Shown: positions 10,521 through 20,940, counted from the first letter of the stretch. The stretch: DNA of 63,712 nt from an uncultured virus (IMG/VR IMGVR_UViG_3300037067_013648) (IMGVR_UViG_3300037067_013648), one strand, 5' to 3'. Program-made: numbers and translations. Notes: a model not told the origin generated them from the sequence alone.

Positions 10521-11618
10521 ATGAATACCTTAAAATTTGAAGAATTTTATAATGGATTAAATGCAGATGATAAGAAGGGATCTGTAGGTATAATAGAACT
10601 TATTTTTAAAGATAGGAATGGTAAAGTAATTGATCATCGCATTGAAAAGAATATTATCAAAATATTTGCTAAAGAAATGTTATCACATAGATTACCAAGT
10701 ACTAAAATTTGGAATAAAGATGCTAATGGTGGTTTAGGGGCTTGGGAATCGTCTGATATTGATGTTGATGAAGAGTATTCAGCTAGATATATATTATTTG
10801 GTGCTTCCTTTGATAGTAACGGTCTTCCTCTTGATGTAAATGATTCAAGATTTTATACTATAGATACTGTGACTGGTCAATATATACCTATAAAACTCAA
10901 TCCTAGTGCAGATTATAATGGTGGATTAATTAACGCTATCCCAATTTCTGAACCTGATAGACCTCTTAAGAGAGTTGAAAGTATTAGTTTTAGATCATCT
11001 TATCAACCATCTGGTTCACCATTGATTGATGAAAATGTTAGAGCTATTAATAATATAGTATGTTTGGAAACTACGTTATTAGCTGATGAATATAATGGCT
11101 TTGGTATTAGTGGTGGTGATTTCTTTACTATTACTGAAATTGCACTTGCTGGTGGCAGATTATTTGATGGTGTTTTAAATTGTGATATCAATCCTATTAA
11201 TTTATTCTTACAAGGTTTACCAAGTTCTGGAAGTACTGGTATTACTGGATCTGAAGTTGCTGTTAGTGCAGTAGCTAATGGTACTAACGTTGTAACTATT
11301 GCTCTTGACGAACCAACTGCTGTTGTTGAATTATTTAAGAAAGGTGATCAAATTAAAATAGTTAATGATGGTGGAACTCAGACTGATTTTAGCATTTTAG
11401 ATCAGATAAATTCAAATTATCTTGTTACTGAATTTACTGGTGGACGTGATGTTCAGTTAGATAGAGTTCCGGTCGATAAGAATGGTAATCCTTTAACTGG
11501 TAATATTGGATTATTCCGTGATACACTGAAGATTTTTAGTCATAGAGTTTTATCATCACCAATTCGTAAATCAGATATCTTTGAAATTACTGTAAGATGG
11601 TCTTTGGTTTTATCTTGA
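10521..11618 (+). CDS. putative baseplate / tail-fibre attachment protein
   Basis: KNIIKIFAKEML, FTITEIALAG and FSHRVLSSPIRKSDIFEITVRWSL resemble tail-collar/baseplate domains. Confidence 0.6.
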   Translation: MNTLKFEEFYNGLNADDKKGSVGIIELIFKDRNGKVIDHRIEKNIIKIFAKEMLSHRLPSTKIWNKDANGGLGAWESSDIDVDEEYSARYILFGASFDSNGLPLDVNDSRFYTIDTVTGQYIPIKLNPSADYNGGLINAIPISEPDRPLKRVESISFRSSYQPSGSPLIDENVRAINNIVCLETTLLADEYNGFGISGGDFFTITEIALAGGRLFDGVLNCDINPINLFLQGLPSSGSTGITGSEVAVSAVANGTNVVTIALDEPTAVVELFKKGDQIKIVNDGGTQTDFSILDQINSNYLVTEFTGGRDVQLDRVPVDKNGNPLTGNIGLFRDTLKIFSHRVLSSPIRKSDIFEITVRWSLVLS

Positions 11619-11620
11619 TT

Positions 11621-13333
11621 TTATGGTGTATATTGATTTACTTCTGATGATACAGCCAATCCAGTCCATCCATTGCATATATAACCTAAACTATTTAAAC
11701 TGAAACCAGTTAATCCATATCTTCCAGTTCCACCGTTAGCTTTAGTAGCCCAAGTGTTAGTTGAATCATTGTATTGATTGACTTCACTTTGATAACCTAA
11801 GCCATTCTCACCATTACATATATAACCATGGTTTATATCAAAACTAGCTAGATAACGTCTTGCAGTTCCACCAGCAGCTTTATTTGACCATGAATTAGTT
11901 GAATCATTATATTGATTAACTTCACTTGAATATGATCCAGTATCTCCATCACATATATAACCGTAACTGTTTAAACTAAAACCAGTTAAAGCATGTCTTG
12001 CAGTTCCACCAGTAGCTTTAGTTGTCCAAGTATTGGCTACATCATCATATTGATTAACTTCACTTGAATATGCACTTCCATTACAAATATATCCATAATT
12101 ATTAAAACTAAAACTGGCTAATCCATTTCTAGCTGTTCCACCAGTAGCTTTAGTTGTCCAAGTATTAATTGAATCATCATATTTGTTAACTTCACTTGAA
12201 TTTATTCCAGTATCTCCATTACAAATGTATCCATAACTATTTAAACTAAAACCAGCTAACCATAATCTTTCTGTACCACCAGTCGCTTTATTTGACCATG
12301 TATTAGATGAATCATTATATTGATTAACTTCGGAAGAATTTGTTCCTGTATAACCATCACAGATATATCCAAAACTATTTAAACTAAAGCCAGTTAATCC
12401 ATATCTAGCTGTGCCACCACCAGCTTTAGTAGTCCAAAAATCGCCAGTGCTAGATGAAGATAAAGAAGATCCTGAATTAGAACTTATAGATTGAGAACTT
12501 ATAGATTGAGAAGATAAAGATTGAGAAGAATTAGAAGAACCTGAAGAGTCAGATAACGATTTGGAACTAGCTGATGAATTAGATGTGACTGATGAATTAG
12601 ATGTAACTGTTGATTCAGAACTAGATAAAGATTTAGATGATTCACTTGAAATAATATCTGGAGAAGATTCAGAAGAATTAGATGAATTAGAAGATGAAGA
12701 TGATTCATCTTCAATTAAACATGGGGCATCACCTTTCATAAGTCTAATTAATTGAACAATAGTTTTAGGAATTTTATTACCAGTAATGTTATATCCATCT
12801 ACTTTATCAAATAATTCAGGATTATTCAAATTGTTACTACATAATATTATCTCTCTAATATATTCAATATCTATAACTTTATTCCATAGACCAATATCAG
12901 AAACAGTCATTTGAAATGAAGAAGTACCAATAAAATTTTTATATATCCATATTTGTCTATCATGTTCATCACCATAAACTATATTATATAATAAGGTATA
13001 TTTCTTTAATTCACCGTTAACATAAAATTTAAATAATATTCCATCCCAGGTAAATGCTAAATGATACCATTCATTATTAATTATTGGAATATCGCAAACT
13101 AACTTAGTAAGACCAATCTTAGCAGTTAAATGAGAATTTTTCTTTATCGGAGTTAAACCAAATGAAAATCCTAGATTTTTATGTCCACAAATATGTTTTT
13201 CTATATGACTATTTTTTCCTTTAAACCAGCACATAAAAGTAATAGCATCAATCGGAGCATAATCATAAGAATTTTCAGGAGTTAAAATTCTAAACTCATC
13301 ACTATAATTTTTAAATAAGACATTATTTGACAT
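11621..13333 (-). CDS. LamG/concanavalin-like domain + Ser-rich linker + six Kelch-like repeats
   Basis: WYHLAFTWDG..FYVNG LamG signature; poly-Ser linker; 6 x ~46-aa repeats W..KA.GGT.R..L..F.....GYIC.G....SSEVNQY. Confidence 0.82.
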   Translation of the reverse strand: MSNNVLFKNYSDEFRILTPENSYDYAPIDAITFMCWFKGKNSHIEKHICGHKNLGFSFGLTPIKKNSHLTAKIGLTKLVCDIPIINNEWYHLAFTWDGILFKFYVNGELKKYTLLYNIVYGDEHDRQIWIYKNFIGTSSFQMTVSDIGLWNKVIDIEYIREIILCSNNLNNPELFDKVDGYNITGNKIPKTIVQLIRLMKGDAPCLIEDESSSSSNSSNSSESSPDIISSESSKSLSSSESTVTSNSSVTSNSSASSKSLSDSSGSSNSSQSLSSQSISSQSISSNSGSSLSSSSTGDFWTTKAGGGTARYGLTGFSLNSFGYICDGYTGTNSSEVNQYNDSSNTWSNKATGGTERLWLAGFSLNSYGYICNGDTGINSSEVNKYDDSINTWTTKATGGTARNGLASFSFNNYGYICNGSAYSSEVNQYDDVANTWTTKATGGTARHALTGFSLNSYGYICDGDTGSYSSEVNQYNDSTNSWSNKAAGGTARRYLASFDINHGYICNGENGLGYQSEVNQYNDSTNTWATKANGGTGRYGLTGFSLNSLGYICNGWTGLAVSSEVNQYTP

Positions 13334-13358
13334 TTATATAAATTTGATATAAAAAATA

Positions 13359-13637
13359 TTATTTAGATCTATTAGATAACATATTTCTTATATTTTTTAA
13401 TCTTAAAATTCTATTATCAATATTATTACATTTTTTAATTCTAATTGGATATATTCCGTTGTTTATTAATAATTTTATTAATTCATTTTCAGAAACAGCA
13501 CTAGTAACTCCATTAACTATTGGAATAGAATTAAGTATAACTTTAATTTCATCTTTTGATAATTTTTTAGAATCTTCCAAAAAATTATTTGGTAATTCTG
13601 ATAAATTACACCCAAAATATAGCCATTTAGTATTCAT
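13359..13637 (-). CDS. hypothetical protein
   Basis: ORF track. Confidence 0.5.
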   Translation of the reverse strand: MNTKWLYFGCNLSELPNNFLEDSKKLSKDEIKVILNSIPIVNGVTSAVSENELIKLLINNGIYPIRIKKCNNIDNRILRLKNIRNMLSNRSK

Positions 13638-13655
13638 ATTTTGTTTTATTGTGTA

Positions 13656-13678
13656 TAATTAAATACTGTATTTAATTA
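13656..13678. promoter_or_regulatory. palindrome TAATTAAATAC-T-GTATTTAATTA made of two back-to-back class B motifs
   Basis: 11-bp perfect arms between divergent genes 13637(-) and 13696(+). Confidence 0.6.
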
Positions 13679-13695
13679 AAAGGAGATTAAGAAAT

Positions 13696-14412
13696 ATGAT
13701 TAAAAAAGGATTAGTTACAGTATTAGCTGAAAAGACACAAAAAGAATTAAGTATTGATATAACTAAATTAAGTCCATATTCTAATGAAAAAGTATACATG
13801 GAATGTTCAAGATGTGGAGAAATATATTTAAGAGAATATGCTAATATTAACCAGTTGCATAATTGTAAAAATATTGATATAGATGATTATAACAGCATTG
13901 CTATAGATTTAAAAAATATTCCAGATGATAAATTAAAAGAACTTAATTCATTCATTAATTTAATAAATTATATCAATGAAACTCCTATAAGATTAGAAGC
14001 TAAATTAATACATCCTGATGCAAAACTTCCATTTAGAAAAAGAATAACTGATGCCGGTCATGATATCTATTCAATAGAAGATGTTGTAATAAAAGCACAT
14101 GATATGATTGATGTAAGGACTGGATTAATAGTATCAGCACCATCAGGATATTATATAACAGTTGATGGAAGGTCAGGTATGTCATTGCATGGTGTTATGC
14201 CATTTAGAGGAATAATAGATTCTGGATATTGTGGAGAAATGAAAGTAGCGTTAATGAACGTGTCAAATAAAGATTATCACGTTAAAAAACATGATAGAAT
14301 AGCACAAATTATACTTCATAAGCATTATCAATTTGATGTTACTGAAGTAGAAAATTTTAGTAAAGATTATAATACTCGCGGAGATGTTGGGTTTGGATTT
14401 AGTGGACGATAA
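13696..14412 (+). CDS. dut: trimeric dUTPase with N-terminal Cys-containing extension
   Basis: DAGHDI, GRSG, GIIDSGYCGE, DRIAQ, RGDVGFGFSG motifs. Confidence 0.92.
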   Translation: MIKKGLVTVLAEKTQKELSIDITKLSPYSNEKVYMECSRCGEIYLREYANINQLHNCKNIDIDDYNSIAIDLKNIPDDKLKELNSFINLINYINETPIRLEAKLIHPDAKLPFRKRITDAGHDIYSIEDVVIKAHDMIDVRTGLIVSAPSGYYITVDGRSGMSLHGVMPFRGIIDSGYCGEMKVALMNVSNKDYHVKKHDRIAQIILHKHYQFDVTEVENFSKDYNTRGDVGFGFSGR

Positions 14413-14437
14413 TACTAATACCATCAAGGAGAATACA

Positions 14438-14896
14438 ATGACTAATTTTCTTTTTTATATATTAGTATCAGAACAGCAAAAAGAACCAAAAGTAAAAATG
14501 TTACAAATGCGTGGACCGTTTATTCATATGAAACCAATTGAGATAGTAAAATCAGAATATCAAAGATATTTAATAAGTAACGAAGAATTATTAAGTGAAA
14601 AAAGATTTATAACTAAAAAATTCCAATCAGAAATTCCATTGTGGTATAATATATTAGTACCAAATAAGATTTCGTTAATTATTACAACATGCAAAAAATG
14701 TGGTGTAATACAACATAATTCGGATGATTTATCCAATACATTAGTAAAATGTACAAACTGCAAAACAGAAAATAAATTACCATATTTCAATACTAAAAAT
14801 TATGAAGAATTTAAAAAAGATATGTTTTATAAAGCAGAAAAATTTTTAAAAGGAAAATTTGAAACAATGATTGATAATTATCAAATGTGTACATAG
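14438..14896 (+). CDS. hypothetical Zn-ribbon protein
   Basis: CKKC...CTNC; ATG 14438 after AGGAG. Confidence 0.6.
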   Translation: MTNFLFYILVSEQQKEPKVKMLQMRGPFIHMKPIEIVKSEYQRYLISNEELLSEKRFITKKFQSEIPLWYNILVPNKISLIITTCKKCGVIQHNSDDLSNTLVKCTNCKTENKLPYFNTKNYEEFKKDMFYKAEKFLKGKFETMIDNYQMCT

Positions 14897-14908
14897 TATT
14901 TTATTAAA

Positions 14909-16024
14909 ATGACATTAGCTAATATATTAAGGCCAGAAACATTATCAGAAATTATAGGTCAAAAACACTTATTAGGAGAAAACAAAGCGATATATGCTAT
15001 GGCGAAGTCTAAGAAATTATCTAGTTTTATATTATGGGGACCACCAGGATGTTCAAAGACAACTATAGCGAGATGCCTCGCTGCTGATGCTGGATATGAA
15101 TTTAAAGAGTTAGATGCCACAGAAGCTAAAATAGCAGATTTAAGAAAAATAGTAGAAACAGCAGAAGCAAGATTAAGGTTGGGAACAAAATACTTATTAC
15201 TAATTCAAGAAATCCATCGGTTCGCGAAAAACGTGCAGGACGTGTTACTTCCAGCTATTGAAGAAGGAATTATAACTATAATTGGAACAACTACAGAAAA
15301 TCCATCATTTGCTGTTAATTCTGCTATTATGAGTAGAGTATTAAAATTCGAAACAACAATTTTAAATAAATCTGAAATGGTTCAAGTAATACAAAGAGTT
15401 TTAAAATATTACAAAGATAAAAATAAAATATTAACAATAAATCAGGATGCAGCAATTAGATTATTAAATAGATGTAGTGGAGATCCTAGAAAACTAATAA
15501 CTGTATTAGAGACAATTTCTGAAACATTAATTGAAGGGAATGGAGATATAACCATAGATATGGTTGAATTAGTAATACCATGTAAACACTTATATATTAC
15601 ATCAAATGGTAATGAGCACTACGATCATGCATCAGCATTTCAAAATAGCATACAAAATAGTGATGTAGATCAAGCTCTTTATTTTCTTGGTAAATGGATG
15701 TTAAGCGGCGAGGAAATGCCTTTTATAGCTAGGAGGTTACTTACGTCTGCATCTGAAGATTCCCCCCATAGTCAGATGGCTCAGATTTGTGCTTTGAATG
15801 CTTATATAGCAGCTAAAGAAATAGGTTATCCAGAATGCAAGATTCCAATGGCTTTAGCAACTATTGAAATAGTTAAGTCTAAGCGTGATAAGTTTGCAAA
15901 TGATGCAATTAATAAGGTTATTTATGATATTGAAAATGGTGTTGATGTTATGGTTCCACAAGAATTACGTGCTGGTAATCATGGTGAATATGTTAAAGTT
16001 ATAAACAAGAAATACTTAGTTTGA
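14909..16024 (+). CDS. rarA: RarA/MgsA replication-associated recombination AAA+ protein (degenerate Walker motifs)
   Basis: LRPETLSEIIGQKHL, IGTTTENPSFAVN, HYDHASAFQNSIQNSDVDQALYFL, ARRL..ASED. Confidence 0.88.
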   Translation: MTLANILRPETLSEIIGQKHLLGENKAIYAMAKSKKLSSFILWGPPGCSKTTIARCLAADAGYEFKELDATEAKIADLRKIVETAEARLRLGTKYLLLIQEIHRFAKNVQDVLLPAIEEGIITIIGTTTENPSFAVNSAIMSRVLKFETTILNKSEMVQVIQRVLKYYKDKNKILTINQDAAIRLLNRCSGDPRKLITVLETISETLIEGNGDITIDMVELVIPCKHLYITSNGNEHYDHASAFQNSIQNSDVDQALYFLGKWMLSGEEMPFIARRLLTSASEDSPHSQMAQICALNAYIAAKEIGYPECKIPMALATIEIVKSKRDKFANDAINKVIYDIENGVDVMVPQELRAGNHGEYVKVINKKYLV

Positions 16025-16060
16025 TATGTTTGATATATTTAAAAATGATTTAATAATATT

Positions 16061-16070
16061 CAAATATATA
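16061..16070 (+). promoter_or_regulatory. class C motif (C/T)AAATATAT, representative copy; candidate late promoter
   Basis: Also at 5370, 35095 (+) and with 5' base at 13346, 35479, 50442, 58091 (-), 12-16 nt before start codons. Confidence 0.5.
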
Positions 16071-16075
16071 TTACG

Positions 16076-17227
16076 ATGTGCAATTTTGTCCAAATTAATA
16101 CATCAAATTACAAAGCAATTACACTCAGAGTAGTAAATGACAAGGTAGTAGTATCATCAAATGTTTTTATAGATATTCAAAAAGTTTGTGAAGCTCTTGA
16201 CATAGAAACCAAAATTGTAAGTATTACTGATGAAGGTATTTTGTTTAATAGACAAATTGGCGATATATCTTTAAAAAAGAATATTTCACCAGTAAAAACT
16301 TTGGATATTACTAAAGTTAATAGAAAATATTTGGTGTTATTTGAATTAAACAAAAATAGTTTTAATTTAAATTCAGCATGTCATAAATTAATGGATTTAC
16401 TTGTTGATTCTGAATCAGATAATCAATCATTAAATTCAGAATCGTCGATATCAATTATACATGATGAATCAAGTGTTTCTACTAATAGTTCAGAATCAAG
16501 TAATTCAGATTCAAGTAATTCAGATTCAAGTAGTTTAGAATCAGATAGCTCAGAATCAAATAGCTCAGAATCAGATAGTTCAGAATCAAATAGCTCAGAA
16601 TCATTTACTTGCTTAGCACCTGTTTTTGATGTTAGTATTACAACAATAGATACTGCAATTGGAAATTATATTCAGTTCAATTTAACTGTTAATTCTAATC
16701 CACTTAATCCACCACAATTTGAATTATCTAATTTGCCAAATGGAATTAATAGTTATCAATATTCTGGCGGAGATTTTATAATATATGGTAATCCAGAAGA
16801 TGTTGGTAATTTTGTTATAGATGTTACAGCTTATTATTCTGATTGTCCGGAACTTCAATCGCAAATTCAATTATATCTTAACGTATCAACAGCTTGTTAT
16901 AGAGTTTCTGGTACAAATACTGATTATGATGATTTATATATTCCAGATCAAGTAGGATATGTTTATTATGATTATGATCAATTAACTACTATAATATCAA
17001 ATAGTCCATCACCAAGTGGTACTAAATATATATTCAGAAGTCAAAATAATAGTAATTTAGCGATATTTTTCCATGAGACATATCAAATATGGGCTATTTC
17101 TGATTTGTCAACATATAATTCAGGGCCTCCTGATGCTGGGCTTATTAATGGTAATAATGGAGCGCCACCAACTGGAAACTGGTATTCACCAACATATTCT
17201 ACTGCAGTATCAGAAGAATCTTGTTGA
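16076..17227 (+). CDS. Ser-rich linker protein with putative Ig-like domain
   Basis: SSESN/SSESD repeats; LSNLPNGI...IYGNPEDVGNFVIDVTA resembles putative Ig domains. Confidence 0.6.
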   Translation: MCNFVQINTSNYKAITLRVVNDKVVVSSNVFIDIQKVCEALDIETKIVSITDEGILFNRQIGDISLKKNISPVKTLDITKVNRKYLVLFELNKNSFNLNSACHKLMDLLVDSESDNQSLNSESSISIIHDESSVSTNSSESSNSDSSNSDSSSLESDSSESNSSESDSSESNSSESFTCLAPVFDVSITTIDTAIGNYIQFNLTVNSNPLNPPQFELSNLPNGINSYQYSGGDFIIYGNPEDVGNFVIDVTAYYSDCPELQSQIQLYLNVSTACYRVSGTNTDYDDLYIPDQVGYVYYDYDQLTTIISNSPSPSGTKYIFRSQNNSNLAIFFHETYQIWAISDLSTYNSGPPDAGLINGNNGAPPTGNWYSPTYSTAVSEESC

Positions 17228-17231
17228 GATG

Positions 17232-18176
17232 TTATAATTTTATTATTTCTTTTTGACATTTATCCATTAAATCTATAAATGGTCTACTATCTACGGCATC
17301 TTTTATCATGAATTCTTTTGCTGTATTTGGATTTTTATTAACTAAGTTTTTTACGGTTTCGTATAATGATCCTTTTGTTAATCCATGAACTATTAATCCT
17401 GCTAAAATATATTTAAGAATACATTCTTGTTTAGTTTTTAAATAAATATATAACATATCTGAATAATTGCAATAATGGCAATATTTTGTTAAGTTGCAAT
17501 ATATTATGTCCTGTGGTTTTAATTTTTTGATAAATTCAGAAACATTATTTATACTGTTTATATCTATTATTTTGGATTTTATTGCGTCTATTAATTCTTC
17601 ATAACTGAATGCGTGTGGTGATAATGGTAATCCTTTTCTTACGCATAATGTATTTATTTCATTATAACAATCAGTTGGATCTTTTCCTAATCTTCCTATT
17701 ATTTTTAAATTGTTGTTGTCGTTTATTGCTATGCATAAGATACTTTCTTGATCATCTATTAATATCCATCCTTCTTGTGTTCCTGAATGTACTTCTCTTA
17801 GATCATCTGAACAGTCATATAATATTTTATGTATTACTCCATTACAATCTTCTTTATTTATTTTATGCCATTCTTTACCATTTTCGAAATGTATAATTGG
17901 ACTTTTGAAATTTATTTCTGCATTTCTATCAAAATTTGTTTTTTTAATTGAGTTTAAATAGCTGTCTGCTAAGTGTAGTGCTGATTTGAAATCATAATTT
18001 TCTAAATTTGGGTTTTTTTCATCTACCCATTTTATTATTTTGCTAAAATCATTTTTTGACCAATGTCCTAATTCGTGATTTCTTTTTATCCAACCTGCTA
18101 TATGTGGTTTGTTACATGATTTAGCAAATGATTCTGAATCTAATCTTGAATTAATTGTTTCGTTTATCTTTTTCAT
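17232..18176 (-). CDS. hypothetical protein
   Basis: 314-aa ORF. Confidence 0.65.
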   Translation of the reverse strand: MKKINETINSRLDSESFAKSCNKPHIAGWIKRNHELGHWSKNDFSKIIKWVDEKNPNLENYDFKSALHLADSYLNSIKKTNFDRNAEINFKSPIIHFENGKEWHKINKEDCNGVIHKILYDCSDDLREVHSGTQEGWILIDDQESILCIAINDNNNLKIIGRLGKDPTDCYNEINTLCVRKGLPLSPHAFSYEELIDAIKSKIIDINSINNVSEFIKKLKPQDIIYCNLTKYCHYCNYSDMLYIYLKTKQECILKYILAGLIVHGLTKGSLYETVKNLVNKNPNTAKEFMIKDAVDSRPFIDLMDKCQKEIIKL

Positions 18177-18364
18177 ATTTTATATTTTATGAATTTATTT
18201 ACTTTTAATAATTGTTTATGTTGTAGTGTTAATTTATATTTAAAAGTTTTTTAGCTAGGAAAAGATAAGATCAGCGATGATAGATGTCATTAAAATTTTA
18301 GTAGTATTTAATAAGCCGATTTTTGGTGTGCTAAATTTGCATAAGTAAACAGAAAGGCTGACAA

Positions 18365-20461
18365 ATGACGAAAACTCTGAGTAATTCAGAGGAAGTAAAT
18401 TCTTCTTCAACTCATAATGAGGCAATGTCTGATTATGTTATTACTACAAGATATGCTAGATATGATACAAAGAAGAAAAGGAGAGAAACTTGGAAAGAAA
18501 TGATTTATCGTGTTAGGGACATGCATAAATTTAGATATGGAACTAAAGGACTTGATAAAGATATAGATTGGGCATTTGAACAAGTACTTCAAAAGCGTAT
18601 ACTTCCTAGCATGAGATCATTGCAATTTGGTGGTGATGCGATTATTGCTAATGATGCTAGAATTTATAATTGTTCTTTTTCTTTAGCTGATCGCCAAAGA
18701 TTTTTTAGTGAAGCGTTATGGTTATTATTAAGTGGTGTTGGTGTTGGATTTAGTGTTCAAAAACAACATATTGCTAAGCTTCCTAAACTTATTAAACATG
18801 CTGATGCTTCAGAAAAGGAAGTAACAACTTATGTTGTTGGTGATACTATTGAAGGATGGGCTGATGCTGTTGAAATATTAATGAATTCTTATTTTGTTGG
18901 TAATCCATTGTCTGGTAAAGAAGTATTTTTTGATTATTCAAAAATTCGTCGTAAGGGATCTTGGCTAAAGACAAGTGGTGGCCGTGCTCCTGGTCCTAAG
19001 CCATTAATGAAAGCTATTAAACATATAAAGAAATTATTACATGATGCTGTAGAAATTGGTCAAGAACAATTAAAGCCTATCAATGTTTACGATATTACTA
19101 TGATAGCTGCTGATTGTGTTTTAGCTGGTGGTATTCGTAGATCAGCAACTATTTGTTTATTTTCAGAAGATGATGATGAGATGATGCAAGCAAAAAGTAT
19201 TGTAGTGCGTGGAAAATTATTATCATGTAATTCTAAAGATGATACTTGGCTTACAGATCATGGAGAAGCTATAAATATTAATGGTGACAATTTAAAATCT
19301 GGTGATGAAGTTGATCTTGGATGGTATAATCTTTATCCATGGCGTGCACGGTCTAATAACTCAGTTGCTTTACTTAAAGATAATTGCAAATATGAACAAT
19401 TTCAGAGGATAATTGAAAATACTAAAAAATTTGGTGAGCCAGGATTTATTTTTTTGAACAATCTTGATCATGGATATAACCCATGTAGTGAAATAGGTCT
19501 TAATCCGGTTGATGTTACCGGCATTACTGGATGGGGATTTTGTAATTTATGTGAAATTAATGGTGGCAAAATTAGTAACATTGATGATTTTAAAATTGCA
19601 GTTAAAGCAGCTTCTATAATTGGTACTTTGCAAGCAGGATACACATATTTAAACTATTTAACAGATGCAACTAGAAATATAGTAAGAAGAGAAGCTTTGT
19701 TAGGTATTTCTATTACTGGACTTATGGATAATCCTGACGTTCTTCTTAATGATAATTATCAAAGAGAGATGGCTAAATATGCTGTTGAAATAAATAAAGA
19801 ATTTTCTGATAAGATTGGTATTAATCAAGCTGCAAGAGTAACATGTGTTAAACCTAGTGGATCAACTTCATTAGTTCTTAGTACTGGATCTGGAATTCAT
19901 CCGCATCATTCAAAATATTATTTCCGTAGAATTGTGGCTAACACTGTTGAACAACCATTAAAATATTTTGAATTGCATAATCCAAAAATGGTTGAGAAAT
20001 CAATTTGGGGTTCTAATGATAAAGTAATAACATTTTGTATTAAAGCACCTGATAATGCCATTATTAAAGATGATTTAAATGCTATTCAATTTCTTAAAAA
20101 TGTAAAAAACACTTATGAAAATTGGGTTGTTCATGGTACTGCTAAACCAGATTCAAGCCCTGGTTTAACACATAATGTATCCAATACTATATTAGTTAAT
20201 GATAATGAATGGGAAGAAGTTACTAAATATATTTTTAAAAATCGTCATTGTTTTTCTGGTATCAGTTTATTACCTAAATGTGGTGATAAGATATATATGC
20301 AAGCACCATTTGAAAGAGTTGAATCAGATAAAGATATTAAGAAATGGAATGAGTTGACAAAAGATTATACTAATGTTGATTGGTCTTTATTTGAAGAGAA
20401 TGAAGACTATACTGGTCATAAAGATATTATTGCGTGTGCAGGTGGTGCTTGTGAGAGATAA
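18365..20461 (+). CDS. nrdJ: class II (adenosylcobalamin-dependent) ribonucleotide reductase
   Basis: YNCSF, GGIRRSA, NPCSEI, TCVKPSG, C-terminal ACAGGACE. Confidence 0.92.
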   Translation: MTKTLSNSEEVNSSSTHNEAMSDYVITTRYARYDTKKKRRETWKEMIYRVRDMHKFRYGTKGLDKDIDWAFEQVLQKRILPSMRSLQFGGDAIIANDARIYNCSFSLADRQRFFSEALWLLLSGVGVGFSVQKQHIAKLPKLIKHADASEKEVTTYVVGDTIEGWADAVEILMNSYFVGNPLSGKEVFFDYSKIRRKGSWLKTSGGRAPGPKPLMKAIKHIKKLLHDAVEIGQEQLKPINVYDITMIAADCVLAGGIRRSATICLFSEDDDEMMQAKSIVVRGKLLSCNSKDDTWLTDHGEAININGDNLKSGDEVDLGWYNLYPWRARSNNSVALLKDNCKYEQFQRIIENTKKFGEPGFIFLNNLDHGYNPCSEIGLNPVDVTGITGWGFCNLCEINGGKISNIDDFKIAVKAASIIGTLQAGYTYLNYLTDATRNIVRREALLGISITGLMDNPDVLLNDNYQREMAKYAVEINKEFSDKIGINQAARVTCVKPSGSTSLVLSTGSGIHPHHSKYYFRRIVANTVEQPLKYFELHNPKMVEKSIWGSNDKVITFCIKAPDNAIIKDDLNAIQFLKNVKNTYENWVVHGTAKPDSSPGLTHNVSNTILVNDNEWEEVTKYIFKNRHCFSGISLLPKCGDKIYMQAPFERVESDKDIKKWNELTKDYTNVDWSLFEENEDYTGHKDIIACAGGACER

Positions 20462-20466
20462 GATGT

Positions 20467-20940
20467 ATGTTACAAAACATGGTAAAATGTACAAAATATA
20501 CAATAGTATTAGCTGAAGTACCAAATGAAGTAAGTATAGGATTTAATATAACTGGTTGTCCTCATAAATGTAAAAATTGTCATTCTCCAGAACTTCAAAA
20601 TGAAAATAATGGTGAATATTTGTCAGATCAATTAATTACAAACATTATTTCAAAATATAATAATTTTGTTTCATGTGTATGTTTTTTTGGTGGTGAATGG
20701 AAACAAAATTGGTTGATTGATAAATTAAATATTATAAAGAATAATTTTAAGTTAAAAACATGTTTGTATACTGGGCTTGATAAATTGCCAAATGAAATTT
20801 TAAATAATTTAGATTATGTTAAATATGGAAGATATATAGAAGAATTTGGCGGATTATCTAGTAAATTTACTAATCAAAAATTTTTTCATGTTCCAACAAA
20901 TTCTCTTCTTAATCATCTTTTTATAAAGGAAAGCATGTGA
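20467..20940 (+). CDS. nrdG: anaerobic RNR activating enzyme (radical SAM)
   Basis: GCPHKCKNCHS, FFGGEW, LDYVKYGRY, TNQKF. Confidence 0.92.
   Translation: MLQNMVKCTKYTIVLAEVPNEVSIGFNITGCPHKCKNCHSPELQNENNGEYLSDQLITNIISKYNNFVSCVCFFGGEWKQNWLIDKLNIIKNNFKLKTCLYTGLDKLPNEILNNLDYVKYGRYIEEFGGLSSKFTNQKFFHVPTNSLLNHLFIKESM

Noticed and set aside
11621..12440. Diversity-generating retroelement
   Set aside because: No reverse transcriptase or non-coding template repeat in the window; differences include indels.
18177..18364. Cobalamin riboswitch or NrdR box upstream of nrdJ
   Set aside because: No B12-box or NrdR palindrome recognisable; region is short and AT-rich.
19195..19317. Intein in NrdJ
   Set aside because: Too short and no HN/C terminus.
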